Of a stretch of DNA of 64,000 nucleotides, positions 1 through 11,873 are shown piece after piece; position 1 is the stretch's first letter, and each line of letters starts with the position of its first letter. The notes under the pieces are model-generated. The model saw only the letters and a program-made list of their open reading frames with translations, was not told the origin of the DNA and did no database searches. This DNA is from Nitrospirota bacterium (lineage in GTDB: Bacteria; Nitrospirota; JACRHJ01), in the NCBI GenBank assembly GCA_963733375.1, contig CAVTDB010000003.1, forward strand, positions 96,001-160,000, read 5' to 3'. A program made the position numbers and the translations under genes.

Positions 1-123
1 CTATATCGCTCGAGAGGAAACAGGCGGACGTCCCGTCCACCCTGAGACTCGTACGGGACCCGCTAGGGGCCGACAAATCATGAAGACATTTTGTCCAGCA
101 GGAGATAAAGAGGAGGGCGGTAT

Positions 124-613
124 ATGAGATGCCCGGCGTGTGGAGTCTTCCATGTCGAGGAAATTAAATTCTGCGATTACTGCGGGGCCCGGCTTGCAAG
201 AAAGCCATTGAAGAGATTGAGGGGTCTGCTCGCCGCCTTCGCCGTCGTGGTCATATCGTTCCTGGGCAGCTACCTGTTGACAACTGGCGTCCTGAGTCTC
301 CATGAAAAGAGGCTTAACGACGAAACCCCGCGCCCATTGACAGCCGCACCCGCCCGCTTCGCGAAGAACAGCATCCGTCCCATGCGCAGCATATGTGCGA
401 CTCCGGCCGTGGCCAGGCCGGCTGCCAAAATGGCGGGGTCCTTTGCAGTTGCGCGGGCCGACGACAAATCCGCCGCCACCGAGGCTGCCACGCCCGGGAC
501 CGCCGCGCCGGACTCGCATGCTGCAAACCAGCCGGAGAGCAGGTTTCGAACTCATGAGAGACCCGCTGAACGCGGAGAAGTAAAGAACGGTCGCGTTATC
601 GGCCTTCGAAGCA
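124..613 (+). pseudogene. Zinc-ribbon + single TM protein, 3'-truncated by an IS21-like end (ORF reads through to 918 antisense to ndvB)
   Basis: RBS GGAGG before ATG 124; CPACG...CDYCG zinc ribbon, then a hydrophobic helix; TGTTGATAGGCG end starts at 614. Confidence 0.55.
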
Positions 614-641
614 TGTTGATAGGCGTAAATTTTGACCCATC
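614..641 (+). mobile_element. Isolated IS21-like MITE terminal repeat
   Basis: TGTTGATAGGCGTAAATTTTGACCCA matches the MITE end TGTTGATCGGCGTGCAATTTTGACCCA seen elsewhere in the window. Confidence 0.7.
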
Positions 642-669
642 CCGGCTGTTAGAAAGCGGTGCGCTCACA

Positions 670-3600
670 TCAAACGCTTGCCGCAACCCTCACCTCGGCA
701 CTATGTTCCTGACGGTCGTCAACAAGTGGAATAGCCTCGCCTTCTTGCAGGACGCCATCGACCGTGACACTTGTCTCACCTTCCTCATGGCGCGTTTGCA
801 CGGTGATATGGTAGATGGTTTCCCTGTACCGGTAGTGGACTTTGAACGTCTCCCAGCCCTCAGGCAGGCACGGCGCGAAATGCAGCTTGTCTACTTCGAG
901 CCTCAGTCCCAGAAGTGATTCCAGGATGAGGCGGTACATCCAGCCGGCAGACCCCGTGTACCACGTCCATCCGCCGCGTCCGATGTGAGGCGATACTGCA
1001 TAAACGTCGGCTGCGACAACGTACGGTTCGACCTTATATGTTTCCATCTCTTCCCGGGATATCGCATGGTTCACCGGGTTGATCATCGTCAGGATTTCCC
1101 ATGCACGCCGCCTGTCGCCTAATTGGGCGAAAGCCATCGCAGCCCAGACCGCGCCGTGCGTGTACTGTCCGCCATTCTCCCTCACGCCCGGGACGTACCC
1201 TTTTATATAGCCCGGGTTCAAATCAGACTTGTCGAACGGCGGGTCAAGGAGCTGGACCAGCTTATGGTCGCGCCTTACCAGGCGTTTATCCACCGATTCC
1301 ATTGCCATTGCCGAACGCTTGGCGTCCCCGGCGCCGGAGAGGACTGACCAGCTTTGCGAAATGGAATCAATCTGGCATTCGGCATTGACTGCCGAACCGA
1401 GAGGCAAGCCGTCGTCGAAATAGGCGCGACGGTACCAGCCGCCATCCCAGCCGCTTTCCTCGATATTTCGTCCTCAGCCCGGCCGCCTCTTCCAGACAGC
1501 GTTCCGCAAAAGGCCCGTCGCCGCGCAGCCGTGCAATTTTATTAAACTGCATGAGTACTTCGTAAAGGAAGAACCCCAGCCAGACACTTTCGCCCTTGCC
1601 CTCTGCGCCAACCATATTCATGCCGTCATTCCAGTCGCCCGAGCCGATAAGCGGCAGGCCATGCTCGCCAATGCCGGCGCCTTTCATAATAGCCCGAACA
1701 CAGTGTTCGTACAGACTGGCCGCTTTTCCAGACTGGCGTGGAAGGTCGTAATACGAGTCCTCGTCCGCATTTACCTGGCGGCCGTCTATGAAGTGGACAG
1801 GTTCATCGAGCACGCCGGTATCCCCGGTGCTTATAACGTAGCGGCATACAGCCAGCGGCAGCCAGAGAAAATCGTCGGAACAGTGCGTACGGACGCCTTG
1901 GCCCGATGGAGGGTGCCACCAGTGCTGGACGTCTCCTTCCTGGAACTGACGCGACGCGCACAGGAGTATGTGTTCGCGCACGAGGCGCGGTTCCGCGTGG
2001 ATGAGTGACATCACGTCCTGCAACTGGTCGCGGAAACCGAAAGCGCCCCCGGACTGGTAGTACCCGCTGCGGGCCCAGAGGCGGCACGCGAGAGTCTGAT
2101 ATATCAGCCAGCCGTTGGTCATTATATTAACGGACTGGTCGGGCGTCTCCACCTGCACCGCGCCCAGGGTGTGGTTCCAATGCTGCCAGACCTTCTCTAA
2201 CGCGTCGCGCGCGGCGGCGGCCCCCCGGAAGCGATGTACCAGTACGCTGGCGGCGTCGGCGTCCTGGCCCGCGCCGAGCCTGAATATGACCTCGCGCTCC
2301 TGCCCGTCGGCAAGCTCAAATGGGACCTGGATCGCGGCGCAGGGGTCCAGGGCGGCCCCTACCCTGCCGGAAAGCCGTGAACGGCTCATCGCCGCCGGAT
2401 CTTTAAGCGTTCCGTTGCGGCCTAGGAACTCCGCCCGGTCGCCGCTCATGGTACGGGCCGCCTCGTCCACGTCGAAGAAGGCGGTCTGGTCCGCGAATTT
2501 TGTGCTGTATGGGTTCCGCGCAAATAGCGCACCACTGCCCGGATCAATTTCGGTAATCACATGCATTGCCGTCCTCGACCGCAGGTCTCCCAGTACCCAT
2601 TCCACATAACCCGTAGCGGATAGCCGGCGCGGTCTTCCGGACTCGTTTTTCACCTTCAACACCGTGAACTTGACCGACGCGTCCAGGGCCACATAGACCC
2701 ACATCTCGGTGCGTATGCCGTCCTCCACGTGCTCAAAGACGCTGTAACCGAATCCGTGGCGGCTAACGATAATGCGTCGCCCCGCGGCTGGGCAGAGGCG
2801 CGGGCGACCAGAAATGGCCGCTCTCCTCGTCGCGGATGTAAAAAGCCTCACCGCTGGAATCGCATACCGGGTCGTTATACCAGGGTGTGATGCGGAACTC
2901 ATGGGCATTGTCCATCCAGGTGTAAGCGAGCCCGCTCTCCGAGATAACGGTCCCGAACTGCGGGTTCGCCAGGACATTCACCCACGGGGCCGGAGTCGTC
3001 TGGTCGTGCGTCGGTAGTAATAACGTACTCGCGGCCGTCAGGCGTGAAGCCGCCGAGCCCGTTAGAGAACAGCAGGTCGCCGCGAGGCGTCGCCTCGGCA
3101 TGCGGGGCTTTTTTGTAGACCCGGGTCGGAGTGAGGCGCGGTATGCTTGCCTCGGCGACACCGCGGCGGTTAACAGTCCAAATGACCTGGTCCACCAGTG
3201 TTCCCCGGCTATCGGTGATGATGGCGCGGGCGACCGTTTTAAACAGGATGCGGTCCTCGTTCGATATCTGTTCCGCGGGCCTCACAAAAATGCCGCCCGG
3301 CCGGCTCCGCCGCGTCCGATTCCAGGCCCGCGGCGATTAGCCCCATTATCTGCTCTTGCAGAAGCTGCCGGTAACCGGCATGGTCTTCGTTCCAGATAAC
3401 CAGGTCTACAGGCAGTCCCTTTAAGCGCCAGTATGCGTGGGCCTGTACGAGTTGGCGTACCAGCTCGATATTGGCCAGGTCCGCAATCTGCAGCAGCACG
3501 ATAGGGAGGTCGCCCGAAATTGAATAGCCCCACAGGCCGTATTGCCCTCTGCGGTTACTGAGCAGCACGTCCGGGGCGGCGCGAAGCGAAGAATTGGAGT

Positions 3601-6600
3601 AGATCAACGAGCTGGCCAGGCGCCCATAGAGTTGCGCGTCGGTTTCCGTGGCGTTGATCTGTCGCAAGAGCACCTGGCCGTGCGTCCATGCCATATCGAA
3701 GACACGGTCCGCGAGACGCCGGTCCTGATATTTCTCGACAAGCCCCAGGCATGCCTCCCGGTTTTCACCAATGCCTGTGACCATATTTATTGTGACCGGC
3801 TTGTCCGGCTCGATAGTTATCCTGTGCCTTACGGCGACGATGGGGTCGAGAACCGAGCCCTGGCTGCCTGAGAGCGTCCCCGACGGGTTTGAAGTATCGT
3901 GCATGGCCTGCGGGTCGGCGACCGTATTGCCCCGGCCTATGAACCGCATGCGGTCGGTTTCATAGGATGCCTCTCCTGGCGTCCGCCCCGTGCACGGCCA
4001 TCAGGTGAAACATCCAGGGCGGCTCTTCGTCGATGGAGCGGGGCCGGCGCGTGCAGAGTATGGCGCCCTGCTCGTCAATGATTTCCGTCTGGACAAAGAG
4101 GTTGCTGAACGCCGGATGCAGTGCGTCCGACGCCTGCGATGCAAGGACCACTTCCGCGTAACTCGTTATATCGATCTCCCTGCGCGTCTGTGAGCGGTTG
4201 GTAATCGTGATCCGGCGCAGTTCTATGTCGTCCTCGGGCGAAACGGTAATCTCCGTATGCGTCTCAATGTTATTGTCCGTACGGCGGAACTCCGCCCGCG
4301 CTTCCGAAAAAATCGCTTCATACTTCTTTGGCCGTTTAAGCGTAGGCTGATACGCGGTTGACCAGAACTCTCCGCTCGCCACGTCGCGGATGTAGCAGAA
4401 CGTGCCCCAGTTATCGCAGGTACTGTCTTCGCGCCAGCGTGTGACCGCTATATCTTTCCACCTGCTGTAACCGCCTCCCGCATTGGTGACCATCACGTGG
4501 TACCGGCCGTTAGACAATAACTGCACCTCCGGTACCGGCGTATTGGGGCTGCCAAGTACGCGCACGGGCATCTCTATTCCGCTTGACGCCGTCCGTATCT
4601 CTGAAATCTCGGCGGTTTGCGAATAAAACGCCGTGGCCTTAGGCACACGCTCCTGGAGCAGCAGCATGGTCGCCTGGAACCCAGGGTCGGACTCGAACCG
4701 CTTCTGCATCTGACCGTCCAGGAGCAAACAGGCCAGCGAGAGGAAGCTCATACCCTGGTGATGCGCCATGAAGGACCGCACCACCGCGCTTGACTGTCCG
4801 CGCGGCAGGCGGGAAGGCGTGTAGTCTATCGCCTCATAGAAGCCATACCGGGTTTCAAGGCCTTCGGCCGCGAGCCGCTGCAGGTTTAAGCATGCTTCCT
4901 CGGGCGCCACCATCAGGGCAAGGGCCGAAGCATAAGGAGCAACTACCAGGTCCTCGGCGAGACCGCGTTTCAGCCCAAGGCCGGGCACGCCGAACGCCCG
5001 GTACTGGTAGTTTAAATGCACATCGATCGTGTTGAAGCCGGACTCCGACATGCCCCACGGCACCCTGCGCTTCTTCCCGTATTCGACCTGCGCGGCCACG
5101 GCCGCCTTATATGTCTGGTCGAGCAGCGTGTTTTCATACGTCGGCATCACCAGGAGCGGCATCAGGTACTCAAACATCGAGCCGCTCCATGAGAGTAGGA
5201 CCGGGTCCCCACCGGTGGCGGTGAGAAGGCGTCCCAGAGCGAACCAGCTCTCCTGCGGCAGTTGTCCCTGCGCAATCCCGATGAAACTGCAAAGCCTGGC
5301 TTCAGAAGCTAATAGATCGTAAAAACTCTCATCCAGCCTCCGCTCGCCGACGTTATATCCGATGGATAATAAATGACGGGCCTTGTCGAACAGAAAGTCA
5401 TATTCCATGCGTGCGAACTCGCCGCACTGCAGCGCAAGCCGCTCTATCGCCGCGATCCTCAAGCCGGCGCGCCGGCTTGCCTCTTTGATAAGCCCTTTAA
5501 GCTCATCATCGATTGCCGGCGGCAACTCATCCTCAAGGGCGGCCAGTTGGCGCAGCGTCGGGATTCCGGGTAACGACCTGGAAGTTATCAGGAGAATCCG
5601 GCAGCAATATCCACGGCGCGAGAAACTCCAGCTCATCGAGGGCGGCCTGGCACTGAGCGACGAAGGCACGCGCCCACCACGCCGCCTGGCCATCATTGAC
5701 CGCACCGGCGCTACCCTGGGCGTCAATGCCGGCGACCACTTCCGCGGCGGACTTTGCCAGTTGTTCAAGGCACAGCCTTGCCGCCGCAAGATTATCGGGC
5801 GGGCATTTATACGCTGACTCCATATCCAGTTTAAGGCGGGCGAGCTGGGCTTGAGCGGCCCCATTCGCCGCGTCCGCGAGAACCCGGACGGTATCGCCCA
5901 AGCCGTCGAACAACCTCGCTCCCAGTATCTTCTGGTCGGCAAGCGCCAGCAGGCCGGGCCGCAATGTAAGAAGACTGCCTGCAAGGTTCCCGCTGTCCAC
6001 CGATGAAATATAGGTGGGCAACAGCGGCTTCAGGGACTTTGTATCGTACCAGTTATAAAAATGGCCCCGGTATTTTTCCAGGGATTCCATCGTCTTAAAC
6101 GCGTTTTCAGTGCGTTCGATGAGTTGCCCGGTTACAATATAGCCGAAATCATGCGCGGATAAATTCGATAGCAGCGCAAGCCCCATGTTTGTAGGCGAAG
6201 TGCGATGGGCGACTACGGAAACGGGATGCTCCTGAAAGTTATCAGGCGGCAGCCAGTTATCTTCCGGACCTACGAATGTCTCAAAAAACGCCCACGTCTT
6301 CCTGGAAAGATTCCGTAGAAAAATATTCTGGTCAGCAGTCAGCCTTGCTTCGCGCCGGGCGAGCGGCCGGCTGATCCACCACGCGATAAAGGGTGATGAA
6401 AACCACAGGCCCAATAAGGGTGCGGCCATTCCCAACGCGGCCGGCCTTGAAAGGGCAAGATAGACCGCTACGGCAGTCGCAATTATGGGGGCTATCCACA
6501 TTGACCTGAAGGTGGCGGCGAGGCTGGTGCGCCCGGTGTTGCCCGATGCATTCCATTCAAGAAGCCGTTTATGCGTCAGCAGCATCCGCCACACGGTGCG

Positions 6601-9354
6601 CAAGATCGCATCCAGACTGTAAAACGCCTCATAAGGCAGACAGGCGAGCGTAAATGCAGCCTGGGCAATGCGCATGCCGGTAGAACGCCCCGCGGCAGAG
6701 AGGTGCTGACCAAGAAGCACATCTCCCGGCTTCCGAAGAAGATCAAGGATAGAGGGAATCAGAGAAGGGAGCAGGATGATCCCTAAAACCGACAAGGTCC
6801 AGAAAAGCGGCATCGCCAGGACAGTCCAGCCAAGCAGCAGAAGGAGAGTCAACGCCACTGGCACGAGACTGCGCCGAAGGTTGTCCAGAAGCTTCCAGCG
6901 GGACAGCATCGAGAGCGGGTTCTTTTGAAAGCGGGAAAGGGCTGCCCGGGACGCCGGGCAGCAGCCACCTTACAAGCTGCCAGTCCCCGCGAATCCAACG
7001 ATGCCGGCGGCTCACGTCCGCGCTGTAGCCGGACGGATATTCCTCGTACACCATAACATCGCTCTGAAGCCCCGCGCGCGCGTAACATCCTTCCAGCAGG
7101 TCGTGGCTGAGTATACGGTTCTCGGGGAAGCGTCCATCCAGCGCCAGCTCGAATGCGTCGACGTCATAGATGCCCTTGCCTATGAACGACCCTTCCTGGA
7201 ACAGGTCCTGGTAAACATCCGAGACAACACGCGTATAGGGATCGATTCCCGGCTCGCTCCCGAACATGCGCGCATACCTCGAACGGTTCGTGCCGGGCAG
7301 GCTGACGGCCACGCGCGGCTGAAGGATGCCATATCCCTCGCAGACGCGCTGCTTGTCCTGGTCGTACCGCGCGCGGTTCAGGGGGTGCGCCATCGCACCC
7401 ACAAGCTGCCAGGCCGAGTCGCGCGGCAGCTGCGTGTCAGTGTCAAGGGTGATCACATACTTAACGCTTGATAATACCGCCGTGTCGCCTACTATGAGTG
7501 AAAAGCGTTCTTTTGCGACGCCATGTTCACCGGCGCGCAGTAAGGCGTTTAAGTCCGAAAGCTTGCCGCGCTTACGCTCGTATCCCATCCAAATACGGTC
7601 CTGGGGATTCCATCGGCGCGGGCGATGGAAAAGGAAGAACGCGTCGCCCTTTGAATTCCCGTATTTTTCATTCAGTTCTTCGATTCTCTGACGGGCCAGC
7701 AGCACAAGAGCTTCGTCCTCGGGCAGCGTTTCCTCGGCTGCGTCCCGAAAATCAGTCAGCAGGCCGAAGTGCAGGTTGTCGTCACGATTTGCCAGGAACC
7801 TGACTTCCAGCGCCTCGACCAGGTCCTCGATGTTCTGAGCGCTGATGAGCATGGTCGGGACAACCGTCAAGGTACGCGACTGTGGCGGTATGCCTTTGGA
7901 GAAGTCCATCCGGGGCAGCGGATGCGGTGCCGCGAGCAAAGTGGCCAACCAGTTCACCAGGGCCACGGCCAGATGACTTGCGCACAGAAGCGAGAGGATG
8001 CCCGTCAGCCCGAGCGCCCAGCCGTATAGCCCGCCGGCATGCGCCTTGGATAACATGAACCACGTGGGTACCGCTGTAATCAGCACGATGGCGCCTATAT
8101 ACAGCAGCAAGGGAAACCGTGAGGCCGATTTCCGAAGGGCCTCAAAGACGGATAAGCGTACTTCCGCCAGTTGCTCAAGCTGTTGACGCCCCTTGTCTAT
8201 CAGGTAATAGCCGACATGTACCGCATTTTCATGCGCAAGCCTGATCGCTTCGGCCGCAACTTCGCTCTCCGATAGCCGGCTCTTCTTAGCCGTTTTCTCC
8301 ACGGCGTGGCGGTAACGGTCGCGCGTAACAAAATCCATCTTGCCGTAAACGCCGCCTGTGTCCTCCCGCAGGGTCTGTTCGACAATGCTCATCGTCTCGA
8401 CGAACTCGCGCCAGTCCATTGCGCCAAGGAAGCGGAGGCTGCCTATACTGTTACTCATCGAGACCTGGTCGGCGGCCTGCTGCTGGTTCTCCGACTGCAC
8501 CAGTTGTTTGATCGTCAGGCCGGACTCGGACAGTTGCTGCTCAATCCAGGTAAGCGGCAATGCGAGGGCGGGGCCCTGTCCCTGGAGCCGGCGCGTGAGT
8601 TCCGCAACAAACGAACTCACCATCGGCGGGCCGGACCGCGCCATGTCGGCAATCACAAGGATCAGGCTCTTCGGGTCCTTCTCCGCGGTTTGGGTCAGCA
8701 GGTCAGCCCAGTAATCGGCGCTGTTCCGGTCGAGCCTGTCAGTGGCGATCCGGACCGCGACTCGCCGGAGGTTCTCGATCAGCGCCAGGCGCAGCATGAT
8801 GGGGATTGCCCACAATTCGCCTAATTTCAGGCTGGTTACTCGTCTGATAGGCCTTTACAAAACCGATGAGGCTCTCCGGGTCTACCCGCCCGTCTCCATG
8901 TGAAATAGTTTCCAACGCAATGTCATATACGCGAGGGAGACCGGCTGAAGGACCATCTTGCAGGCGAGGCAGTTCCCGGCTGTAACCTTTCGGCAGATGC
9001 CTTCTGGCTGTTCGGACCTGCTCCTCTATCAGGTAGAAATTGTCGAGCAGCCATTCCCCCGCAGGTGTGATCCTGCGGTCTGTCTTGACAGCCTCGGTCA
9101 GCAGGTTGCGGGTTTCCAACAGCACGCTTTCATTCTCAGCCAGGCGCGTCAGCAGCTGCTCCGGGGCATGGCCCTGGGCTCAGCCTGTGCGAGTTCGCGA
9201 GCGTCTTGCCGTGCTGCTCCATCTGATAGGCGCTGAACAACTCCGACCGAAGCGGCTGCTCGTCGCTTGCACGTTTTTGCGTTAAGATATTTTTGCTGAG
9301 GCTCGCACCCAGATGAGACAGGCGCCCGAGAATAGTTTTGCTACTCTTCTTCAC
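670..9354 (-). CDS. ndvB: Cyclic beta-1,2-glucan synthase (GT84 + glucoamylase-like + GH94 phosphorylase domains), split by ~8 frameshifts
   Basis: Colinear ORF pieces with WLLDNFYLIEEQ, WMGYERKRGKL, ILSHDLLEG, RTSPTNMGL, SWSGSMFEYLMP, YYQSGGAFGFRDQLQD, GSGDWNDGMN, PGVRENGGQYTH, GGWTWYTGSAGW. Confidence 0.92.
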
Positions 9355-9595
9355 GTTTTATTCCGTTTTTGATGAGAGGATATCAGAGTGTACTTAGGTG
9401 AGAACTTTTTCTCGGTATGGCGATTTCAGGACACAGTGAGGTTCTTTTGTATAAGCCAGTGTAGCCCCTTTATCATGTCAGGTCAAGGCAAAACGGTTTT
9501 AACTATCTGAAACAAGGGGATTTTGGACCAGGTGTCCATTGAGAATTCGACGGATATAAATCGCCATACCTAATACGCAAAAGAATAATAAACGT

Positions 9596-9624
9596 TTGAC
9601 ATCTCGCAAATAAACGTATAGAGT
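9596..9624 (+). promoter_or_regulatory. Sigma70-type promoter of the cold-shock gene
   Basis: TTGACA (9596-9601), 17-nt spacer, TAGAGT (9619-9624). Confidence 0.65.
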
Positions 9625-9636
9625 GTATCTAGTGTT

Positions 9637-9666
9637 GCTGCGGCGTGATGCTGCAGCTTTTTTTTT
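9637..9666 (+). terminator. Terminator-like hairpin in the csp 5' leader
   Basis: GCTGCGGCG-TGA-TGCTGCAGC followed by T9. Confidence 0.55.
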
Positions 9667-9785
9667 GCCTGGAATTTTTTCATGCTTTTTGGATTGTAAT
9701 GATTTACTTAAGGCTTGAAACGGTTTGACAGGTTAACAATGGTTGAGCGTCTCAGGGCGTTCGCCAAAGAACAAGGGGTATTAAA

Positions 9786-9983
9786 TTGAAGGGTTCGGTT
9801 AAGTGGTTCAACGAGAGCAAGGGTTATGGTTTCATCACGCCGGAGGAAGGCAAGGATGTGTTCGTGCATTTCTCCGAGATAAAGATGGACGGCTTCAAGA
9901 CCTTGAACGAAGGCCAGGAAGTACAGTTTGAAGTGACTGACGGTCCGAAGGGTCCGCAGGCAGTCAATGTAATGAACGTGTAA
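9786..9983 (+). CDS. csp: Cold-shock protein (CspA family)
   Basis: [15 protein letters not shown] (RNP1), VFVHFS (RNP2), 65 aa, TTG start. Confidence 0.97.
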   Translation: MKGSVKWFNESKGYGFITPEEGKDVFVHFSEIKMDGFKTLNEGQEVQFEVTDGPKGPQAVNVMNV

Positions 9984-10005
9984 TTAAAAAAACGCTTCAA
10001 AATCG

Positions 10006-10039
10006 AAAGGCCCCGGAATTTTCCGGGGCCTTTTTTTTA
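10006..10039 (+). terminator. Intrinsic terminator after csp
   Basis: AAAGGCCCCGGAA-TT-TTCCGGGGCCTTTTTTTT. Confidence 0.9.
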
Positions 10040-10098
10040 TGCACGTATTATGAATCCCTCAAGTCGGGGTTTTGGTCCGGGGGATTCGTTAAAGTAGC

Positions 10099-10947
10099 TC
10101 ACTCGCCCCTGTGTCTTTGCTCGCCCGCGCCCCCTTTATCTGGCGCGCCTCCCTGCTCCTTTTTCTGCCCGCGCGGCTGCTGAGCTTTCTCCTGAGGCTG
10201 TTTCTGCTGCCGCTGAACCTGAGGTCGCTGCTTCTGCTGCCGCTGGACTTTCTCCTGAGGCTGTCTCTGCTGCGGCTGGACTGTTTCCTGTGGCTGTCTC
10301 TGCCGGCGCTGGACTTTCTCCTGAGGCTGTCTCTGCTGCCGCTGGACTTTCTCCCGAGGTTGTCTTTGCTGTTGACCTTGAGGTTTCTGAACCTGGGGTT
10401 GTCTTTGTTTCTGAACCTCAGGCCTCTGTTGATATTGCTGTTGCCGTTGTTGTCTTAGCTGCTGTCTCTGCTGTTGTGGCCGAGGTTGATAGCCCTGGAC
10501 GCCCCAAGTCCCTTGCGTCCAATGCCGGTCACTGTGCCAGCCCCTCCAGTTCAATTGGAGTTGTCGGTAAGGAATCCGTTCATAGTTCCATCGGTGTCCG
10601 TTCCAATTATGGTCTCTGTAATATCCCCTCCAACCCGGGTCTACATCAAAATAGAAAGTTGGGACATCGTTATAATAACCCCAGCCACGGTCATAATAGT
10701 GTGAGCTATACCAACGGCCGTCCCATAGACGCCACCACCAGCCATCCCAGAAGTAGAGGTCCGCATCAATGGCAGGGTCAACGTAGACATCGTCAGCATC
10801 AGGCAGCACTATCACATCTGGCGGTGCGGGAAATATGAGTGGCGGCGGCAGGGGGATCCCGATACTTACATTTACATCCGCCATTGTCGGAACCGGCACT
10901 GCAATTGTCAACGCCAAAAGCACTGTTCCCCAAAATAACTTCTTCAC
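10099..10947 (-). CDS. Secreted protein with a W/Y/D-rich domain and Gln/Arg-rich tandem-repeat tail
   Basis: Signal peptide; VNVSIGIPLPPP; YFWDGWWWR; repeated QRQPQEKVQRQ; RBS GGAGG. Confidence 0.8.
   Translation of the reverse strand: MKKLFWGTVLLALTIAVPVPTMADVNVSIGIPLPPPLIFPAPPDVIVLPDADDVYVDPAIDADLYFWDGWWWRLWDGRWYSSHYYDRGWGYYNDVPTFYFDVDPGWRGYYRDHNWNGHRWNYERIPYRQLQLNWRGWHSDRHWTQGTWGVQGYQPRPQQQRQQLRQQRQQQYQQRPEVQKQRQPQVQKPQGQQQRQPREKVQRQQRQPQEKVQRRQRQPQETVQPQQRQPQEKVQRQQKQRPQVQRQQKQPQEKAQQPRGQKKEQGGAPDKGGAGEQRHRGE
10190..10400 (-). repeat. Imperfect ~33-bp coding tandem repeats (QQRQPQEKVQR)
   Basis: Recurring ctggactttctcctgaggctgtctctg units. Confidence 0.75.
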
Positions 10948-10986
10948 TTTGTTGCCTCCTTTAAGCTTCAGGGGTCTTTTCGCCCT

Positions 10987-11208
10987 TCAGCCTTTCCTGC
11001 TTCCCGCAACAACCAGCGCGACGCCGCCCGCGAGCGCAATAGCGCCCACGATCGGAGTCAGCGGGATCGTTTTAGTCTTATCAGCCGTCAGATGGATCGG
11101 CCCGATATCTACGACTTTCTCTCTGGTCGTGTAGGTAATGCCTTGATACGCAAGGGACGCGATCCCTACAACAATGAGGAGGATGCCTATAATCGTATAT
11201 GCTTTCAT
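10987..11208 (-). CDS. Small two-TM membrane protein (DUF3185-like)
   Basis: MKAYTIIGILLIVVG...YTTREKVVDIGPIHLTADKTKTIPL; RBS AAGGAG. Confidence 0.8.
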   Translation of the reverse strand: MKAYTIIGILLIVVGIASLAYQGITYTTREKVVDIGPIHLTADKTKTIPLTPIVGAIALAGGVALVVAGSRKG

Positions 11209-11247
11209 TTCACTCCTTTTATGGTCCACGATGTGGAGCCCGAAACA

Positions 11248-11275
11248 AACAAGGCCGGGAAAACGGCCTTGCTTG
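11248..11275 (-). terminator. Hairpin, probable terminator after the small lipoprotein gene
   Basis: CAAGGCCG-N6-CGGCCTTG with a T-rich tail on the minus strand. Confidence 0.5.
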
Positions 11276-11313
11276 TCGGCAGACGGTGAACCAGGCCGCG
11301 ATCTCTTTACCCT

Positions 11314-11478
11314 TTAATGCCTGTCATGGTCGTAGTCGCCCCGGTCGCCGCGGTCGTGCATCTCACCATGCTCATGGTCACGGCCCCTGTCCTCATCGCG
11401 TCGGTCATGCCAAAAACATCCGGAAAGCATAACCGTCGCTAACAGAACGGCAATCAACCCCAGCAATATACGTTTCAT
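11314..11478 (-). CDS. 54-aa His/Asp/Arg-rich lipoprotein (not in ORF track)
   Basis: Manual translation MKRILLGLIAVLLATVMLSGC-FWHDRRDEDRGRDHEHGEMHDRGDRGDYDHDRH; lipobox LSGC; RBS GGAGG. Confidence 0.75.
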   Translation of the reverse strand: MKRILLGLIAVLLATVMLSGCFWHDRRDEDRGRDHEHGEMHDRGDRGDYDHDRH

Positions 11479-11873
11479 CTCGCCCTCCGTGGACCACCTT
11501 GATGCGATTATAACCCTCTACTTGACGTTAATGTTGTTTAAGGATCTCCACTGATAATAAAAAGCGTTAGCGACATCCATAACTTGTGGTAAAATATAGC
11601 AAAAATCCCATATTCCGTCAAATTGCTGAAATCTACGGCCACCCGAAAGCCACCAAAATTAGGATTGACTCAGGAAGGAGCGGCCGCCAGAGATTTGAAG
11701 CCCTTTGCAACTGGTGAGTTTTTAGTTTATACTTTAATTAAGAGGTGAGGTTATGTTTTACAATACCTTGCTGATACTATTGTTCGTGGTGATTCTCGCG
11801 CTTGCTGCCTCCGGCTTGCGGCCTTGGCATTAGGTATCAGGGCGAACGGTTGAATGCTCTATAGGGGGTTTTT

